Assembly (NCBI GenBank): GCA_023475165.1
Contig: JAMCWA010000088.1
Location: 130,298-194,297, forward strand
From: Bacillota bacterium
GTDB lineage: Bacteria; Bacillota; Sulfobacillia; JAMCWA01
Reading direction: 5' to 3'
DNA: 64,000 nt
The translations under genes and the position numbers were made by a program. The notes under the pieces are model-generated. The model ran no database searches. It saw only the letters and a program-made list of their open reading frames with translations, and was not told where the DNA came from. Below, piece by piece: positions 38,283 through 48,849 of the stretch (positions within the stretch are counted from its first letter, which is position 1; each line of letters opens with the position of its first letter).

Positions 38283-39245
38283 TCACCTCTCGATCTCTCC
38301 CCGCAGGACCTTCCTCATTCGGAAAAGATACCCTCCCGGCCTCTCCTCCACGCCCGCCAGGGCCAGAAGGTGGCCGGTGTTTGAACAGATCTTGATTAAC
38401 TCCGATCCTTTCGTTCTGCCAATGGCCCAGGCTTCACTTACCGTTGACCAATAGCTTCCTTCACCTTTGGCCTCTCGCCAGAGACTGCCTCCCTTTAGGA
38501 CCTTTTCCTCCTCCTCCCGAGAAACCGCCAAGGTAGGCCATTGCGCCAGGGCCTGGGCCATGGGAACGAGCCGACCAGTCAGTTCGGCGGCATGACCCAA
38601 AGAGACCATCTCTTCTAAGGTGATGGCCTGGCTCAAGTCAAAGGAACCCGAGGCTAAGCGAAGCAAAAAGGAGAGGTGTCCTCCCACCCCCAACCTTTCC
38701 CCGATATCGGCGCACAGGGTTCGCAGGTAGGTCCCCCGGGAACAATGGACGTCGAAAAGGATACGGGGAAATGGCCCCGGACTGATTTCCAGCAACTGAA
38801 TTTGATAAATCGAAACGGTGCGTGGCGCGACGGAGGTCATCTCGCCAGCCCGGGCCAACTCATAAAGACGGCGACCCCCTTTTTTGACGGCAGAAAAGGC
38901 CGGAGGGGTCTGCTGGATGTCACCGATGAAGCCCGTCAGGGTGTCTTGCAGGAGCTGCCTATCCAGAGGGGGAACCTCTCTCCTGAACAGAACCCGCCCA
39001 AAACCATCCTGGGTATCTGTGCTCATTCCCAGGGTCATTTCGGCCCGATAAATCTTAGAGTAGGCCATGAGGTATTCCGACAATCGTACAGCTTGTCCCA
39101 GGAGCAAGACCAAAACGCCGGCGGCGCCAGGATCTAGGGTCCCGGCATGGCCGACCCGCCTTTGTCCCGTCACCGTCCGCACCAGGTCGACAACATCATG
39201 GGAGGTCAGCCCCGGTGGTTTCAAGAGCACCAGTATGCCATCCAC
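38283..39245 (-). CDS. truB: tRNA pseudouridine(55) synthase
   Basis: KPPGLTSHDVV, GHAGTLDP, PPAFSAVK, CSRGTYLRTL. Confidence 0.95.
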   Translation of the reverse strand: MDGILVLLKPPGLTSHDVVDLVRTVTGQRRVGHAGTLDPGAAGVLVLLLGQAVRLSEYLMAYSKIYRAEMTLGMSTDTQDGFGRVLFRREVPPLDRQLLQDTLTGFIGDIQQTPPAFSAVKKGGRRLYELARAGEMTSVAPRTVSIYQIQLLEISPGPFPRILFDVHCSRGTYLRTLCADIGERLGVGGHLSFLLRLASGSFDLSQAITLEEMVSLGHAAELTGRLVPMAQALAQWPTLAVSREEEEKVLKGGSLWREAKGEGSYWSTVSEAWAIGRTKGSELIKICSNTGHLLALAGVEERPGGYLFRMRKVLRGEIER

Positions 39246-39368
39246 AGCTAATCTTCCCCCACCGGAGATATCCACGCTGCTTTCCGTTGAACCATGACTG
39301 TGCACCATGACTGCCTGAAAAGGCCTCGGCGTGGCGACGGGCAGGTTAACCCGTCAGAACGCAGTTTG

Positions 39369-40337
39369 TCAGCTATCGGCTAAAGCCCCCCGCACCGCGG
39401 TGATAACCTTCTCTCTGGCCTCATTTAAGGGAAGAGATAGGGTGCACCCAGCGGCACGGGGATGCCCACCCCCGTCAAAATGGCTGGCCACACGGCTCAC
39501 GTCCACTTGGTGGCGGGAACGTAAGGAGACGCGCACCTTCCCGTCACCCGTCTCCCGAAAAAGGAGGCCGACCTCAACCCCGCGGATGGCCCGGGCATAG
39601 TTAATGATACCCTCGGTTTCCTCATCGCTGGCTCCCGTCTCCTCCAAAGCGGCTCGGCTGATCACCAACCAGGCCACCTTTCCATCCGGGGTCAACTCCA
39701 GAGTCTCCAAGGCCCGCCCAAGAAGGCGCGCGCTGGAAAGAGACCTGGTCTCAAAGGCGTTTTCGGCCACCTGAGCCGGCTTGGCCCCCAGTCTCACCAG
39801 TTCCGCCGCCACGCGGAAGGTGCTCTCCCTGGTACTCTCATACCGAAAGGAGCCGGTATCCGTAACAATGGCCGTATAAAGGCAGGTAGCGATCGCCGGG
39901 CTGATGTCTACCTCCATGCTCCTCAATAGCTCATAGATCTGCTCACCTACCGCTGCCGCCTGTACGTCGACATAGTTATACTGCCCAAAGCCGGCGTTAG
40001 TGCCGTGGTGATCGATGTTGACTACTAAAGCTACCCTCGCCAAAAGCTTTGCCGCCTCCCCGACTCGCGTCGGGTCACCGCAATCTACCAGTACTCCCAC
40101 CCGGAAATCCCCCTCAACCTGGCGCCAATCCGCGATTTCTCCGGACCCAGGCAGGAACTGGTAGATCTCCGGAAGGGGGTCAGACCGCACCACCACTGCT
40201 TTTTTGCCCAGGAGCCGGAGGGAGAGGCCCAGGGCCAGGGCGGAACCGAGGGTATCCCCGTCGGGCTGGACATGGGTGAAAATGAGAAAACCATTTTCCC
40301 GTTGAAAGAGTTCGGCCAGGTCTTTAGGAGACTCCAT
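39369..40337 (-). CDS. nrnA: DHH-family oligoribonuclease / PAP phosphatase
   Basis: HVQPDGD, VDC, NIDHH, DTGSF, GGGHPRAAG. Confidence 0.92.
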   Translation of the reverse strand: MESPKDLAELFQRENGFLIFTHVQPDGDTLGSALALGLSLRLLGKKAVVVRSDPLPEIYQFLPGSGEIADWRQVEGDFRVGVLVDCGDPTRVGEAAKLLARVALVVNIDHHGTNAGFGQYNYVDVQAAAVGEQIYELLRSMEVDISPAIATCLYTAIVTDTGSFRYESTRESTFRVAAELVRLGAKPAQVAENAFETRSLSSARLLGRALETLELTPDGKVAWLVISRAALEETGASDEETEGIINYARAIRGVEVGLLFRETGDGKVRVSLRSRHQVDVSRVASHFDGGGHPRAAGCTLSLPLNEAREKVITAVRGALADS

Positions 40338-40707
40338 CTGACTTTTCCCCTTCTGGCCCCGGCCCCTCCTGCCGGACTTCCTCCAGGAGCCGGGCAATTC
40401 TGGCACCGTGTTCGATGGATTCGTCCAACAGGAAAACCAATTCCGGGGTGTGGTAGAGCCGTACCCTTTGACCCAGCTCGCTCCGAATAAAGCCAGTGGC
40501 CTTCTGGATGGCTTTCACCGTCTCTTCCTTTTGGGCCGGTTCACCAAGGACACTGATGTAAACCTTAGCATGACGCAAGTCGTTGGAGACGTCCACCTGG
40601 ATTACGCTAACAAAACCGATGCGCGGGTCCTTCAGTTGGTGCTGAAGGATGTCACTGACCTCTTCTTTGATGGCCTCCCCCACCCGTTGGGCCCTCTGTC
40701 TAGCCAA
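40324..40707 (-). CDS. rbfA: Ribosome-binding factor A
   Basis: KDPRIGFVSV..V.VSNDLRHAKVY, TPELVF.LDESIE. Confidence 0.95.
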   Translation of the reverse strand: MARQRAQRVGEAIKEEVSDILQHQLKDPRIGFVSVIQVDVSNDLRHAKVYISVLGEPAQKEETVKAIQKATGFIRSELGQRVRLYHTPELVFLLDESIEHGARIARLLEEVRQEGPGPEGEKSDGVS

Positions 40708-40888
40708 CCAGGACACCTCCTGGTCGCTGCATGGCGCCGCCAGCCTCTTTGCACCTGCCTACCACGCCGATCGACCATCCGGTTCAAGCGGTGGCCGATC
40801 ACACCTTGCCTGGCAGGGTATGGTATCGCAACCGGCATAATGAGGCTCGCCGCCGTCCATGTCCGCGACATATTGGAACATCATGGCG

Positions 40889-41170
40889 TTAGTCGATTTC
40901 TATCAGGTAGTCTTCCAATTCCACCGTCCCCACGCCTTCCACCCAGTGGACCAGTCGGGAGAGGATTTCATTGGCGTGACGGCCGTCGTTGGAGACACAG
41001 GCGACCCCCAGGGTACTACGGGCCCAAAGGTCGAGGTCGTCCACCTCCGCCGCCGCCACCTGGAAACGGGCACGAAGATCCTGCAGGAGGGGACGCAAGA
41101 CGCGCCTCTTGGCTTTCAAGGAATCAGCACCGGGAATAATCAGCTCCAGAACCGCGCGCCCCACCACCAC
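40889..41170 (-). CDS. ylxP: DUF503 (YlxP) protein
   Basis: SLKAKRRVL..RFQVAAAEVD; located between infB and rbfA. Confidence 0.88.
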   Translation of the reverse strand: MVVGRAVLELIIPGADSLKAKRRVLRPLLQDLRARFQVAAAEVDDLDLWARSTLGVACVSNDGRHANEILSRLVHWVEGVGTVELEDYLIEID

Positions 41171-41175
41171 GGTTT

Positions 41176-44100
41176 TCAGGCCTCTTCCTTAATCTGTTCC
41201 ATGATGAAGGCCTCGATGATGTCGCCTTCCTTAACATCCTGGAACCGTTCCAGGCCGATGCCGCATTCCTTGCCAGCAGTGACTTCGCGAACATCATCCT
41301 TAAAATGCTTTAAGGATTCGATCTTACCTTCGTGGACAACCACACCATCACGGATAAGCCTGACTTGTGCGTTCCGGAGGATCTTACCTTCTTGAACGTA
41401 AGAACCGGCCACCGTCCCTACCTTGGGGACCTTGAAAGTGGCCCTGACTTCGGCTCGGCCCAGGGTAGTCTCTTTGAACTTGGGAGACAGCATCCCTTTT
41501 AGGGCTGCCTTGACATCGTCGATGGCATCGTAAATCACGCGGTAGGAGCGAACGTCGACCTTTTCCGTTTCCGCCGCTTCTCTGGCCTTGGGCTCTGGAC
41601 GCACATCAAAACCGATGATGATGGCTCCAGAAGCAGAAGCCAGCATGACATCCGTCTCCGTAATGGCCCCGACTCCGGCATGAATGACCCGGACCTTGGT
41701 CTCCTCATTCCCTAGCTTTTCCAGGCTCTGGCGGACGGCTTCCACCGTCCCCTGAACGTCACCCTTGATGATGAGGTTCAGTTCCTTCAGTTCGCCTTCC
41801 TTCATCCGGCGATAGAGGTCATCCAAGGTCAGGCGGCTCGCCACCCGCAGTTCCTCTTCTCGTCGCTTGGTCTGCCGCCGGGCCGAAATCTCCTTGGCTT
41901 TTCGCTCATCTTCAACCACGATGAAGATGTCGCTGGCCGACGGAACGTCGGTAAAGCCAAGGATTTCCACCGGGGTGGCCGGACCGGCCTTCTTGATGCG
42001 ACGCCCCCGGTCATCAGTCATGGCGCGGACCTTTCCATAGGTGCGACCGCTGACGAAGACATCGCCAACGGACAGCGTTCCATTCTGAATGAGGACAGTC
42101 CCGACCGGGCCGCGACCCTTATCCAACTGAGCCTCAATGACAATACCCCTGGCTGCCCGCTTGGGATTGGCCTTCAATTCCTCCATGTCGGCAACCAACA
42201 AAAGCATCTCCAGAAGGTGATCAATGCCGGTCTTGTCCCGGGCCGATACCGGGACCATGATGTTTGTGCCACCCCACTCCTCGCCAACCAGTCCGTACTC
42301 CGTTAGCTGTTGCTTAACCCGTTCCGGCTGCGCATTGGGCTTATCAATCTTGTTAATAGCCACCACAATGGGAACGCCGGCGGCTCGGGCATGGTTAATG
42401 GCCTCCACGGTCTGTGGCATTACCCCGTCGTCCGCCGCCACTACCAGTACGGCAATGTCGGTCGCCTTAGCCCCTCTGGCTCGCATGGCCGTGAAAGCCT
42501 CATGGCCCGGCGTATCCAGAAAGACTACTTTACGATCTCCCGCCTCCACCGTGGAAGCCCCGATGTGCTGGGTAATACCCCCCGCCTCCTGGGCCGTAAC
42601 ATTGGTTTTCCGGATGGCATCCAGCAGGGAGGTCTTCCCATGGTCGACATGACCCATTACAGTGACTACCGGGGCTCGGGGAACCAAATCCGCCGGATCG
42701 TCCACGATGACCTCTTCCTCCGGCTCTTCAATGACCGCGGCCTTCTCCTCGATCTCGACGCCGTAGGCTTCCGCCACCACGGCGGCCGTTTCCAGGTCGA
42801 TCTCTTGATTTATGGTCGCCATCACACCCATGGAGATCAACTTCTTCAGCAAATCGGTCCCCTTGACGGCCATTTTCTCGGCCAGATCCTTTACCGATAC
42901 AGGTCCTTCCAGGGCTATGACCCGCGGTGTAGCAGGTCTCTCGTCCACCCGGGCCCCCAACCTCGGTTTGGCTTTCCCTCTACCCCCCGGTCTGACCTTG
43001 GCCAGAAGACGTTCCTCATCTTGCGTCAGCCATTGCTTAGATCTCTCTCGTTCGGGTACTCGCTTCGCGCCCTTTTTGCCCTGAGCCACCTTTTCGGTAC
43101 CCTTTTCACCAGCCGGGCCCGCTTTCTCTCCAGGGCGGGGCGGGGTCACGGGCCCGCGTACCGGTCCGGACACCGGTCGATCCACCCCCGGTATCCGGCG
43201 AGTATCGGTTCGCCGAATGGGAAGGCCGACGTTTCCCCCCGGTTTTCTGGGGATGGGTCCTTCCAGAGGTCTCCTGGGCTGTTCTTCCGGGCGAAGGACC
43301 GTCAGCCGATCACGGCCCGTCCTGACCTCACCAGCTCCGTTCCGGTCCGGCCCAACGGCCCGCGCGGTCCCCTCCCGCGACAAACCGCGCTTTTCTTCGC
43401 GATCACTCCAGGCCGGGCCGAATGTGGATGAAGGGGAGACCGTCGCCCTGGGCAGACCATTGGTCTTGCCAACTCGCGCTGGACCGTTGAGGCGACCAAT
43501 GGAACTTGGACCCTCCGCCCGGTCCTCCTCTGTCCCCTCCCAGGTTTTCGCCACGGTGGACGGCTCCACTTCAGAAGAGAAAGTGACGTCAGGAGTCTCT
43601 TCCTTTGCCCCCGCCCGCACTCCGGCACCGTCACCTCGGTTTATTCCCGCTTCCTGGGGGGCGTCCTCCCTCTCGTCACCCTTTTCAGCCGTAATTCCTT
43701 TCTCTTCCACCTCAGCCAACCGGGCTCGGGCGGCAGACCAGCCCTTGTCCGGAGCCACCGGAAAGGAGTGCTCTTCTCCCCTCAAGTCAGCCGGTGGCTT
43801 CTCCGTTTCCCAATCTCTGGCCTCCTGGCCCGTTTCCCAACGGGGCGTCTCAAAACGCGAAAGGTCCGGCTCACTACCACTTATGACCCTGACCGTTCCG
43901 GTGCTTCCCCGGCGAGAGGGCGGGATCTGCCGGCTCTGATCCATCTCCGGTGTCCAGAGACCGGTCTTCACCACCGGTCTGGGATCCCTGGTCTCTTTTC
44001 TCGTACCAGGACCATGACCGGTCCTCTCTTCCGGCCCTGTGGTCATCCCTTTCTTGGCTAGCCCTCCAGCCGCTGCCCCTTGGCCGCCCTTCTGATCCGA

Positions 44101-44544
44101 ACGGCTCTTTTGAACGACGCCGCTTTTCCCGGCGACAGCCCGCGCGTCCATTGAGCCTTGCCGCGTGGCTAGCCGGTCGCGATTGGTGGTGGTCTGCCGC
44201 AAGGTCTCCGGGACGGGACGATTGGCCGGACCGCCCACCCTAACGGCCAGGCGGTCATTGGCCATACGGGTCCCTGGCCGCTCCGGCGATACCTTCAGAG
44301 CAGCACCCGCGCTACCTTCAGAACGTATCTCTATCTCTTTGGTCAGCTCCCCTTCTCCCCTTTCCCCCACTTCCTGAACCTTAATCTTCCCCGAAAAAAT
44401 ATCCATAAGGGTCTGGACGGTCAATGGCTCCAGGGTGCTCATGTGATTCTTGACGTCAACCTTCAGTTGACCCAGAACCTTCATGACTACCTTGGAGTCG
44501 ACGCCAGCCTTTTTGGCCAGTTCATAAACCCTCAGTTTCTCCAA
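41176..44544 (-). CDS. infB: Translation initiation factor IF-2 with very long N-terminal region
   Basis: RVYELAK N-domain, [31 protein letters not shown]. Confidence 0.96.
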   Translation of the reverse strand: MEKLRVYELAKKAGVDSKVVMKVLGQLKVDVKNHMSTLEPLTVQTLMDIFSGKIKVQEVGERGEGELTKEIEIRSEGSAGAALKVSPERPGTRMANDRLAVRVGGPANRPVPETLRQTTTNRDRLATRQGSMDARAVAGKSGVVQKSRSDQKGGQGAAAGGLAKKGMTTGPEERTGHGPGTRKETRDPRPVVKTGLWTPEMDQSRQIPPSRRGSTGTVRVISGSEPDLSRFETPRWETGQEARDWETEKPPADLRGEEHSFPVAPDKGWSAARARLAEVEEKGITAEKGDEREDAPQEAGINRGDGAGVRAGAKEETPDVTFSSEVEPSTVAKTWEGTEEDRAEGPSSIGRLNGPARVGKTNGLPRATVSPSSTFGPAWSDREEKRGLSREGTARAVGPDRNGAGEVRTGRDRLTVLRPEEQPRRPLEGPIPRKPGGNVGLPIRRTDTRRIPGVDRPVSGPVRGPVTPPRPGEKAGPAGEKGTEKVAQGKKGAKRVPERERSKQWLTQDEERLLAKVRPGGRGKAKPRLGARVDERPATPRVIALEGPVSVKDLAEKMAVKGTDLLKKLISMGVMATINQEIDLETAAVVAEAYGVEIEEKAAVIEEPEEEVIVDDPADLVPRAPVVTVMGHVDHGKTSLLDAIRKTNVTAQEAGGITQHIGASTVEAGDRKVVFLDTPGHEAFTAMRARGAKATDIAVLVVAADDGVMPQTVEAINHARAAGVPIVVAINKIDKPNAQPERVKQQLTEYGLVGEEWGGTNIMVPVSARDKTGIDHLLEMLLLVADMEELKANPKRAARGIVIEAQLDKGRGPVGTVLIQNGTLSVGDVFVSGRTYGKVRAMTDDRGRRIKKAGPATPVEILGFTDVPSASDIFIVVEDERKAKEISARRQTKRREEELRVASRLTLDDLYRRMKEGELKELNLIIKGDVQGTVEAVRQSLEKLGNEETKVRVIHAGVGAITETDVMLASASGAIIIGFDVRPEPKAREAAETEKVDVRSYRVIYDAIDDVKAALKGMLSPKFKETTLGRAEVRATFKVPKVGTVAGSYVQEGKILRNAQVRLIRDGVVVHEGKIESLKHFKDDVREVTAGKECGIGLERFQDVKEGDIIEAFIMEQIKEEA

Positions 44545-44559
44545 ACAAAGCCACCTCCG

Positions 44560-44886
44560 TCAGGACGAACCCATCGGTTTCGCCCCTTCCGCCAATATTC
44601 TCTGTATCTCTCTAACCATATTGTCGTCGGTGATCCCCGCTAAAGCTATCGTAGCCTGCCCGAAAATCAAGCCCAGCTCAACCTTGTTCGAAAGATAGAC
44701 ATAAGGAATAGAATTGCGATCAGCCAAAACCCCTGCCTCCCAGCGCGAATGCACGCCGGCGTCATTGGCGATTATCAGGAGTTTCACCGTCTTGTCTTCC
44801 AGAGCCCGTTTAACCCGCTCCGTCCCCAGAACCAACCGCCCGGCCTTTTTGGCCAGACCAAGGAGATTCCTCACTTTATCCTCCAT
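44560..44886 (-). CDS. ylxQ: L7Ae-family RNA-binding protein (YlxQ)
   Basis: LLGLAKKAGRLVLG, IIANDA, ELG; operon position. Confidence 0.85.
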   Translation of the reverse strand: MEDKVRNLLGLAKKAGRLVLGTERVKRALEDKTVKLLIIANDAGVHSRWEAGVLADRNSIPYVYLSNKVELGLIFGQATIALAGITDDNMVREIQRILAEGAKPMGSS

Positions 44887-44891
44887 AGCCT

Positions 44892-45197
44892 TTACCCTCC
44901 ACGGGATCGCCCGGGGACCGGCAGGTTCCTGACGGCCTCCCGGAGGGTTTCCGCCAGCTCCGGCGGGATGGGGGCCTTAAGAGCTCTTTCCAGGTGCTTG
45001 CCCTTCCAGGCCTTCTCCAGACAATCCAGCGAGGGACAAACATAGGCCCCACGGCCCGATTTCTTTCCGGTGGGATCCAGCACCACTTCACCCTCCGGCG
45101 TGCGGACTATTCTAATTAACTCTTTCTTGGGCCGGGCCTCCTGGCAGCCGACACAGATCCGCACAGGTATCTTACGGACTTTTTGACCTCTGGGCAT
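44892..45197 (-). CDS. ylxR: YlxR (DUF448) RNA-binding protein
   Basis: PVRICVGC..KKELIRIVR..GRGAYVC...C. Confidence 0.92.
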   Translation of the reverse strand: MPRGQKVRKIPVRICVGCQEARPKKELIRIVRTPEGEVVLDPTGKKSGRGAYVCPSLDCLEKAWKGKHLERALKAPIPPELAETLREAVRNLPVPGRSRGG

Positions 45198-45251
45198 CCA
45201 TCCCACCCCCCGGAACTCAGGTCTCCCAAAACTGTGGTCTGGCACCGCTAG

Positions 45252-45284
45252 GAGACCGCTTAAAAAGGGTTTTCCAGCGGTCTC
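45252..45284. mobile_element. Minimal 33-bp family A element (two TIRs only)
   Basis: CTAG-GAGACCGCTTAAAAAGGGTTTTCCAGCGGTCTC-CTAG. Confidence 0.85.
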
Positions 45285-46316
45285 CTAGGTTTGACCCTCA
45301 CTCTTGATATCCACCTTCCAGCCCGTCAGCCTGGCCGCCAAGCGGGCATTCTGTCCTTCCTTACCAATAGCCAAAGACAGTTGGTAGTCTGGGACCACAA
45401 CCCTGGCCATCCTGATCTCCTCATCAACAGCGACTGAAATTACCTTGGCCGGGCTTAGGGCGTTGGCCACAAAACTGGCCGGGTCGGAATCCCACCTTAT
45501 GATATCCAACTTTTCCCCTCGAAGTTCATCAACGATGGCTCCAACCCGAGCCCCTCGCGGCCCGACACACGCCCCCACGGGATCGATGTCCTCATCTCGG
45601 GAGTAGACGGCCACCTTGGAACGAAAACCCGCCTCACGGGAGATCCCCTTGATCTCCACCAGGCCGTCATGAATCTCCGGTACCTCCTGTTCGAAAAGTC
45701 TCTTGATTAAACCGGGATGAGTCCGGGAAACGTAGATCTGGGGCCCGCGGTTGGTCTTGCGAACCTCAATGATGTAGCTTTTCAAGGTTTCGCCCTGCCG
45801 ATAAACCTCCGTCACCACCTGTTCCGCCTGGGTCAAAACGGCCTCAACTCGGCCCAGATCCAGAATAACGTTCTTCTGCTCAATGCGATGGACTTTGCCG
45901 CTGACAATGTCACCCTCGCGGTTGGAGAATTCCTCGAAAATAATACCCCTCTCGGCCTCTCTAATGCGTTGTACCACCACCTGCTTGGCCGTCTGAGCGG
46001 CTATGCGGCCAAAATCTTTGGGGGTGACCTCCTTCTCCACCACATCCCCTACCTCATAGGAACGGTTTAGTCTGCGGGCCTCCTCCAACGAGATCTCCAA
46101 ACGGGGATCAACGGCCTGCTCCACCACCGTTCTTTGGGTGAGAACCTTTATCTCACCGGTTTGCCGGTCGATGTGAACCCGCACATTCTGAAGGGAACCA
46201 AAGTTGCGCCGGTAGGCGGACACCAAAGCCGCCTCAATGGCTTCAAGAAGGACCTCCTGCGAAATTCCCTTCTCTTCCTCCAGTTCGCGGATGGCCTCCA
46301 ACAATTCCGTGTTCAT
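45285..46316 (-). CDS. nusA: Transcription termination factor NusA
   Basis: [43 protein letters not shown]. Confidence 0.97.
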   Translation of the reverse strand: MNTELLEAIRELEEEKGISQEVLLEAIEAALVSAYRRNFGSLQNVRVHIDRQTGEIKVLTQRTVVEQAVDPRLEISLEEARRLNRSYEVGDVVEKEVTPKDFGRIAAQTAKQVVVQRIREAERGIIFEEFSNREGDIVSGKVHRIEQKNVILDLGRVEAVLTQAEQVVTEVYRQGETLKSYIIEVRKTNRGPQIYVSRTHPGLIKRLFEQEVPEIHDGLVEIKGISREAGFRSKVAVYSRDEDIDPVGACVGPRGARVGAIVDELRGEKLDIIRWDSDPASFVANALSPAKVISVAVDEEIRMARVVVPDYQLSLAIGKEGQNARLAARLTGWKVDIKSEGQT

Positions 46317-46442
46317 GCTCTAATCCTCCCGAAACTGCTTTAACTGCAAAATCCGAGACCGCTGAGAACGGCCTCCTGCGATCTCGCCTGGTGGCGCGGG
46401 CTACGGTAACAGGCAGCCCCCAGGCTGTTCTTCCCGGTACGC

Positions 46443-46919
46443 CTAAAGCTCAGGTCGTAGTCGAGCCGAAGCCACCTTCTCTTTGGGAATGGCTACTTCC
46501 TTTCCTTCTTCCAGCATCAGGATTACCCGCTCCTCTACCAGGCCCTGCAAGTCCCCGACGAAAACCTTCCTTCCCTCCACAGGAGCAAAGGTCTTAACCT
46601 CAACCCGGCGCCCCCGAAAACGTTCAAAATCATTGTCTTTTCTCAGCGGGCGCTCCAGGCCAGGTGAAGCCACCTCCAGGAAGTAGTTGCCAGGGATCAG
46701 GTCGAGTTCATCCAACTTCCCGCTCAACTCACGATTCACAACCTCGCATTCCTCGAGACTAATCCCGCCAGGGCGATCGATGAAAACCCGCAGGAACCAG
46801 TTCCCAGCCTCTTGCACCATCTCCACCGCCACCAGTTCAAAATGCCTGAACTGGGTTATCGCCTCAGCCAGGCCGTGGACCCTTTCTTCGATTTCTCTTC
46901 GGTTAAAGCGACCTTTCAA
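46443..46919 (-). CDS. rimP: Ribosome maturation factor RimP
   Basis: LRVFIDR.GGISLEEC, LEVASPGLERPL. Confidence 0.93.
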   Translation of the reverse strand: MKGRFNRREIEERVHGLAEAITQFRHFELVAVEMVQEAGNWFLRVFIDRPGGISLEECEVVNRELSGKLDELDLIPGNYFLEVASPGLERPLRKDNDFERFRGRRVEVKTFAPVEGRKVFVGDLQGLVEERVILMLEEGKEVAIPKEKVASARLRPEL

Positions 46920-46975
46920 GCCTTCACCTCCCGAAAGGAATCCTTGGAATGGCAGCAAGTCTTCACTCTTCATGT

Positions 46976-47001
46976 TAAAAAGAGTGGGTAGTCACCCACT
47001 C
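46976..47001 (-). promoter_or_regulatory. rimP leader terminator/attenuator hairpin
   Basis: GAGTGGG-TGACTA-CCCACTC-TTTTT upstream of rimP. Confidence 0.75.
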
Positions 47002-47220
47002 CTCCGACGACAGCGACAAAACTTCGGTTATCGTCTCTGGCCCTTGAAGACCAAAAGTTCGACACCTTTTTGAGTATATCATATGATTTGAAGCAAAACA
47101 AGGATATCTTTTTGATTCCAGTTGGCTGCTGGGGGGCCGCCGAAAAACCTCCCCCTCTGTGGCGCAACCATTTCCTGGTCGGGCAGGCCACTGAAACCCA
47201 GCCGGTCAGTGGTCGCCCAG

Positions 47221-47400
47221 GAGACTGCTGACGAACTACGTCTTGAGTGGTTAACCCGCCCGAGATACCGTTCGGGCGAGACCGCTCAAAAATGCCCAGA
47301 TGCTAGGAGCGACAAGGCTCCGAAGCGAGGCGTACTAAGTGGTACGTTGAGCGAGGAGCCGCCGGAGCGACACCGCAGATGGGTGTTTTTCAGCGGTCTC
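47221..47400 (-). mobile_element. MITE family A, empty (no cassette) copy, 180 bp
   Basis: GAGACCGCTGAAAAACACCCATCTGCGGTGTCGCTCCGGCGG... on the minus strand; CTAG at 47401-47404. Confidence 0.9.
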
Positions 47401-48775
47401 CTAGCTCTGATAACCGGTCGGCAATTTCCACAGCCACCCGGTCAATATCCCCGGCTCCCAGGGTAATGACCAGATCTCCAGGCCGGGCCAGGGAAAGCAC
47501 CAGGGCGGGAATCTCTTCCTTCACCGCTCGGTAATAAGTGGCAGGGTGTCGGCGGCCTACGGCCTTGGCCAGGTCGGCCCCGGAAATCTCACCAGTGTCC
47601 TTTTCCCGAGCGGCGTAAATGGAGGTCAAGATGACGATATCGGCCTCAGCCAGGGAATCGGCAAAACCGGCCAGGAGGTCTTTGGTCCGGCTGTAAAGAT
47701 GAGGTTGAAAAATGGCGATGAGCCTACCCTCGGCCAACTTCCTGGCCGCCGCCAGCGTAGCCCTGATCTCCGTGGGATGGTGAGCGTAATCATCGACCAC
47801 GGTAATCCCGGCCTGGCTGGCTTTCTTCTCAAAACGGCGGTGGGTCCCGGCAAAGCTCTCTAAACCTTCCCTTGTCTCCTCCGGCCCCAGACCCAACCCA
47901 ACGACTAGAGCTGCCGCCGCCAGGGCGTTGGCAACATTGTGAGCACCAGGAACCTTCAGGGAGACCCGGCCCAGATTCCGTCCCTGTCCCACCAGTTCAA
48001 AGGAGGGATAGCCTTTGTCAAAAGCTACATTCTGGGCACGCCAGTCGGCCTCCCCTTTCAGGGCAAAGGTGACCACCCGGCTCCTGGCTCTTGCTGCCAC
48101 CAGCCGCCAATTGGGATCTTCCCCATTTAATACCAAGAACCCTTCTCGATTGACCCGGCTGGCAAAGCGGCCGAAGGCCTCCAGGACCCTCTCAAAGGTT
48201 CCATAGTAGTCCAGGTGATCGGGCTCCATATTAAGTACGGCGGCCGCATAAGGGTTAAACCGGAGAAAGGATTCACTATATTCGCAGGCCTCGGTTATGA
48301 AGTACTGGGATTGGCCCACCCGAACGTTTCCCCCGATTTCATCCAGTTCTCCCCCCACCAAAACCATCGGATCCTTACCGGCATGAATCAGGATAGTGGA
48401 AACCATGGAGGTGGTGGTGGTTTTCCCGTGGGTACCGGCGATAGCAATGCCATATTGGGCGCGTTCCATGAGTCGTCCTAAAACCTCGGCCCGGCTGTAT
48501 ACCGGTAAGCCCTTTTCCCTGGCTCGAAGCAGTTCCGGGTTATCTGGTTTGACGGCCGCCGTGTAGATGACGGCCTCCGCCCCATCGACATTCTCCGAAC
48601 GATGACCGAGAAATATCGTGGCCCCGTGCTGGGCCAGCCGGTCCAACAGATTCGAAGTCTTGAGGTCCGAACCAGTTATGCGGTGCCCTTCCCGCAGCAG
48701 AACCTCGGCGATCCCGCTCATGCTGATCCCACCGATGCCGATCATATGGATCCGGTGGGCCGAAAGGATATCCAT
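47390..48775 (-). CDS. murC: UDP-N-acetylmuramate--L-alanine ligase
   Basis: IGIGGISMSG, AGTHGKTTT, EACEY, DHLDYY, DDYAHHPTE. Confidence 0.96.
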   Translation of the reverse strand: MDILSAHRIHMIGIGGISMSGIAEVLLREGHRITGSDLKTSNLLDRLAQHGATIFLGHRSENVDGAEAVIYTAAVKPDNPELLRAREKGLPVYSRAEVLGRLMERAQYGIAIAGTHGKTTTTSMVSTILIHAGKDPMVLVGGELDEIGGNVRVGQSQYFITEACEYSESFLRFNPYAAAVLNMEPDHLDYYGTFERVLEAFGRFASRVNREGFLVLNGEDPNWRLVAARARSRVVTFALKGEADWRAQNVAFDKGYPSFELVGQGRNLGRVSLKVPGAHNVANALAAAALVVGLGLGPEETREGLESFAGTHRRFEKKASQAGITVVDDYAHHPTEIRATLAAARKLAEGRLIAIFQPHLYSRTKDLLAGFADSLAEADIVILTSIYAAREKDTGEISGADLAKAVGRRHPATYYRAVKEEIPALVLSLARPGDLVITLGAGDIDRVAVEIADRLSELGDR

Positions 48776-48849
48776 CTCTTCTCCCTTCCTCACTGGTCCG
48801 GCCTTTCCCAAGCCACCAGTACTCATATTATCACAATCATGTGCCCCTC

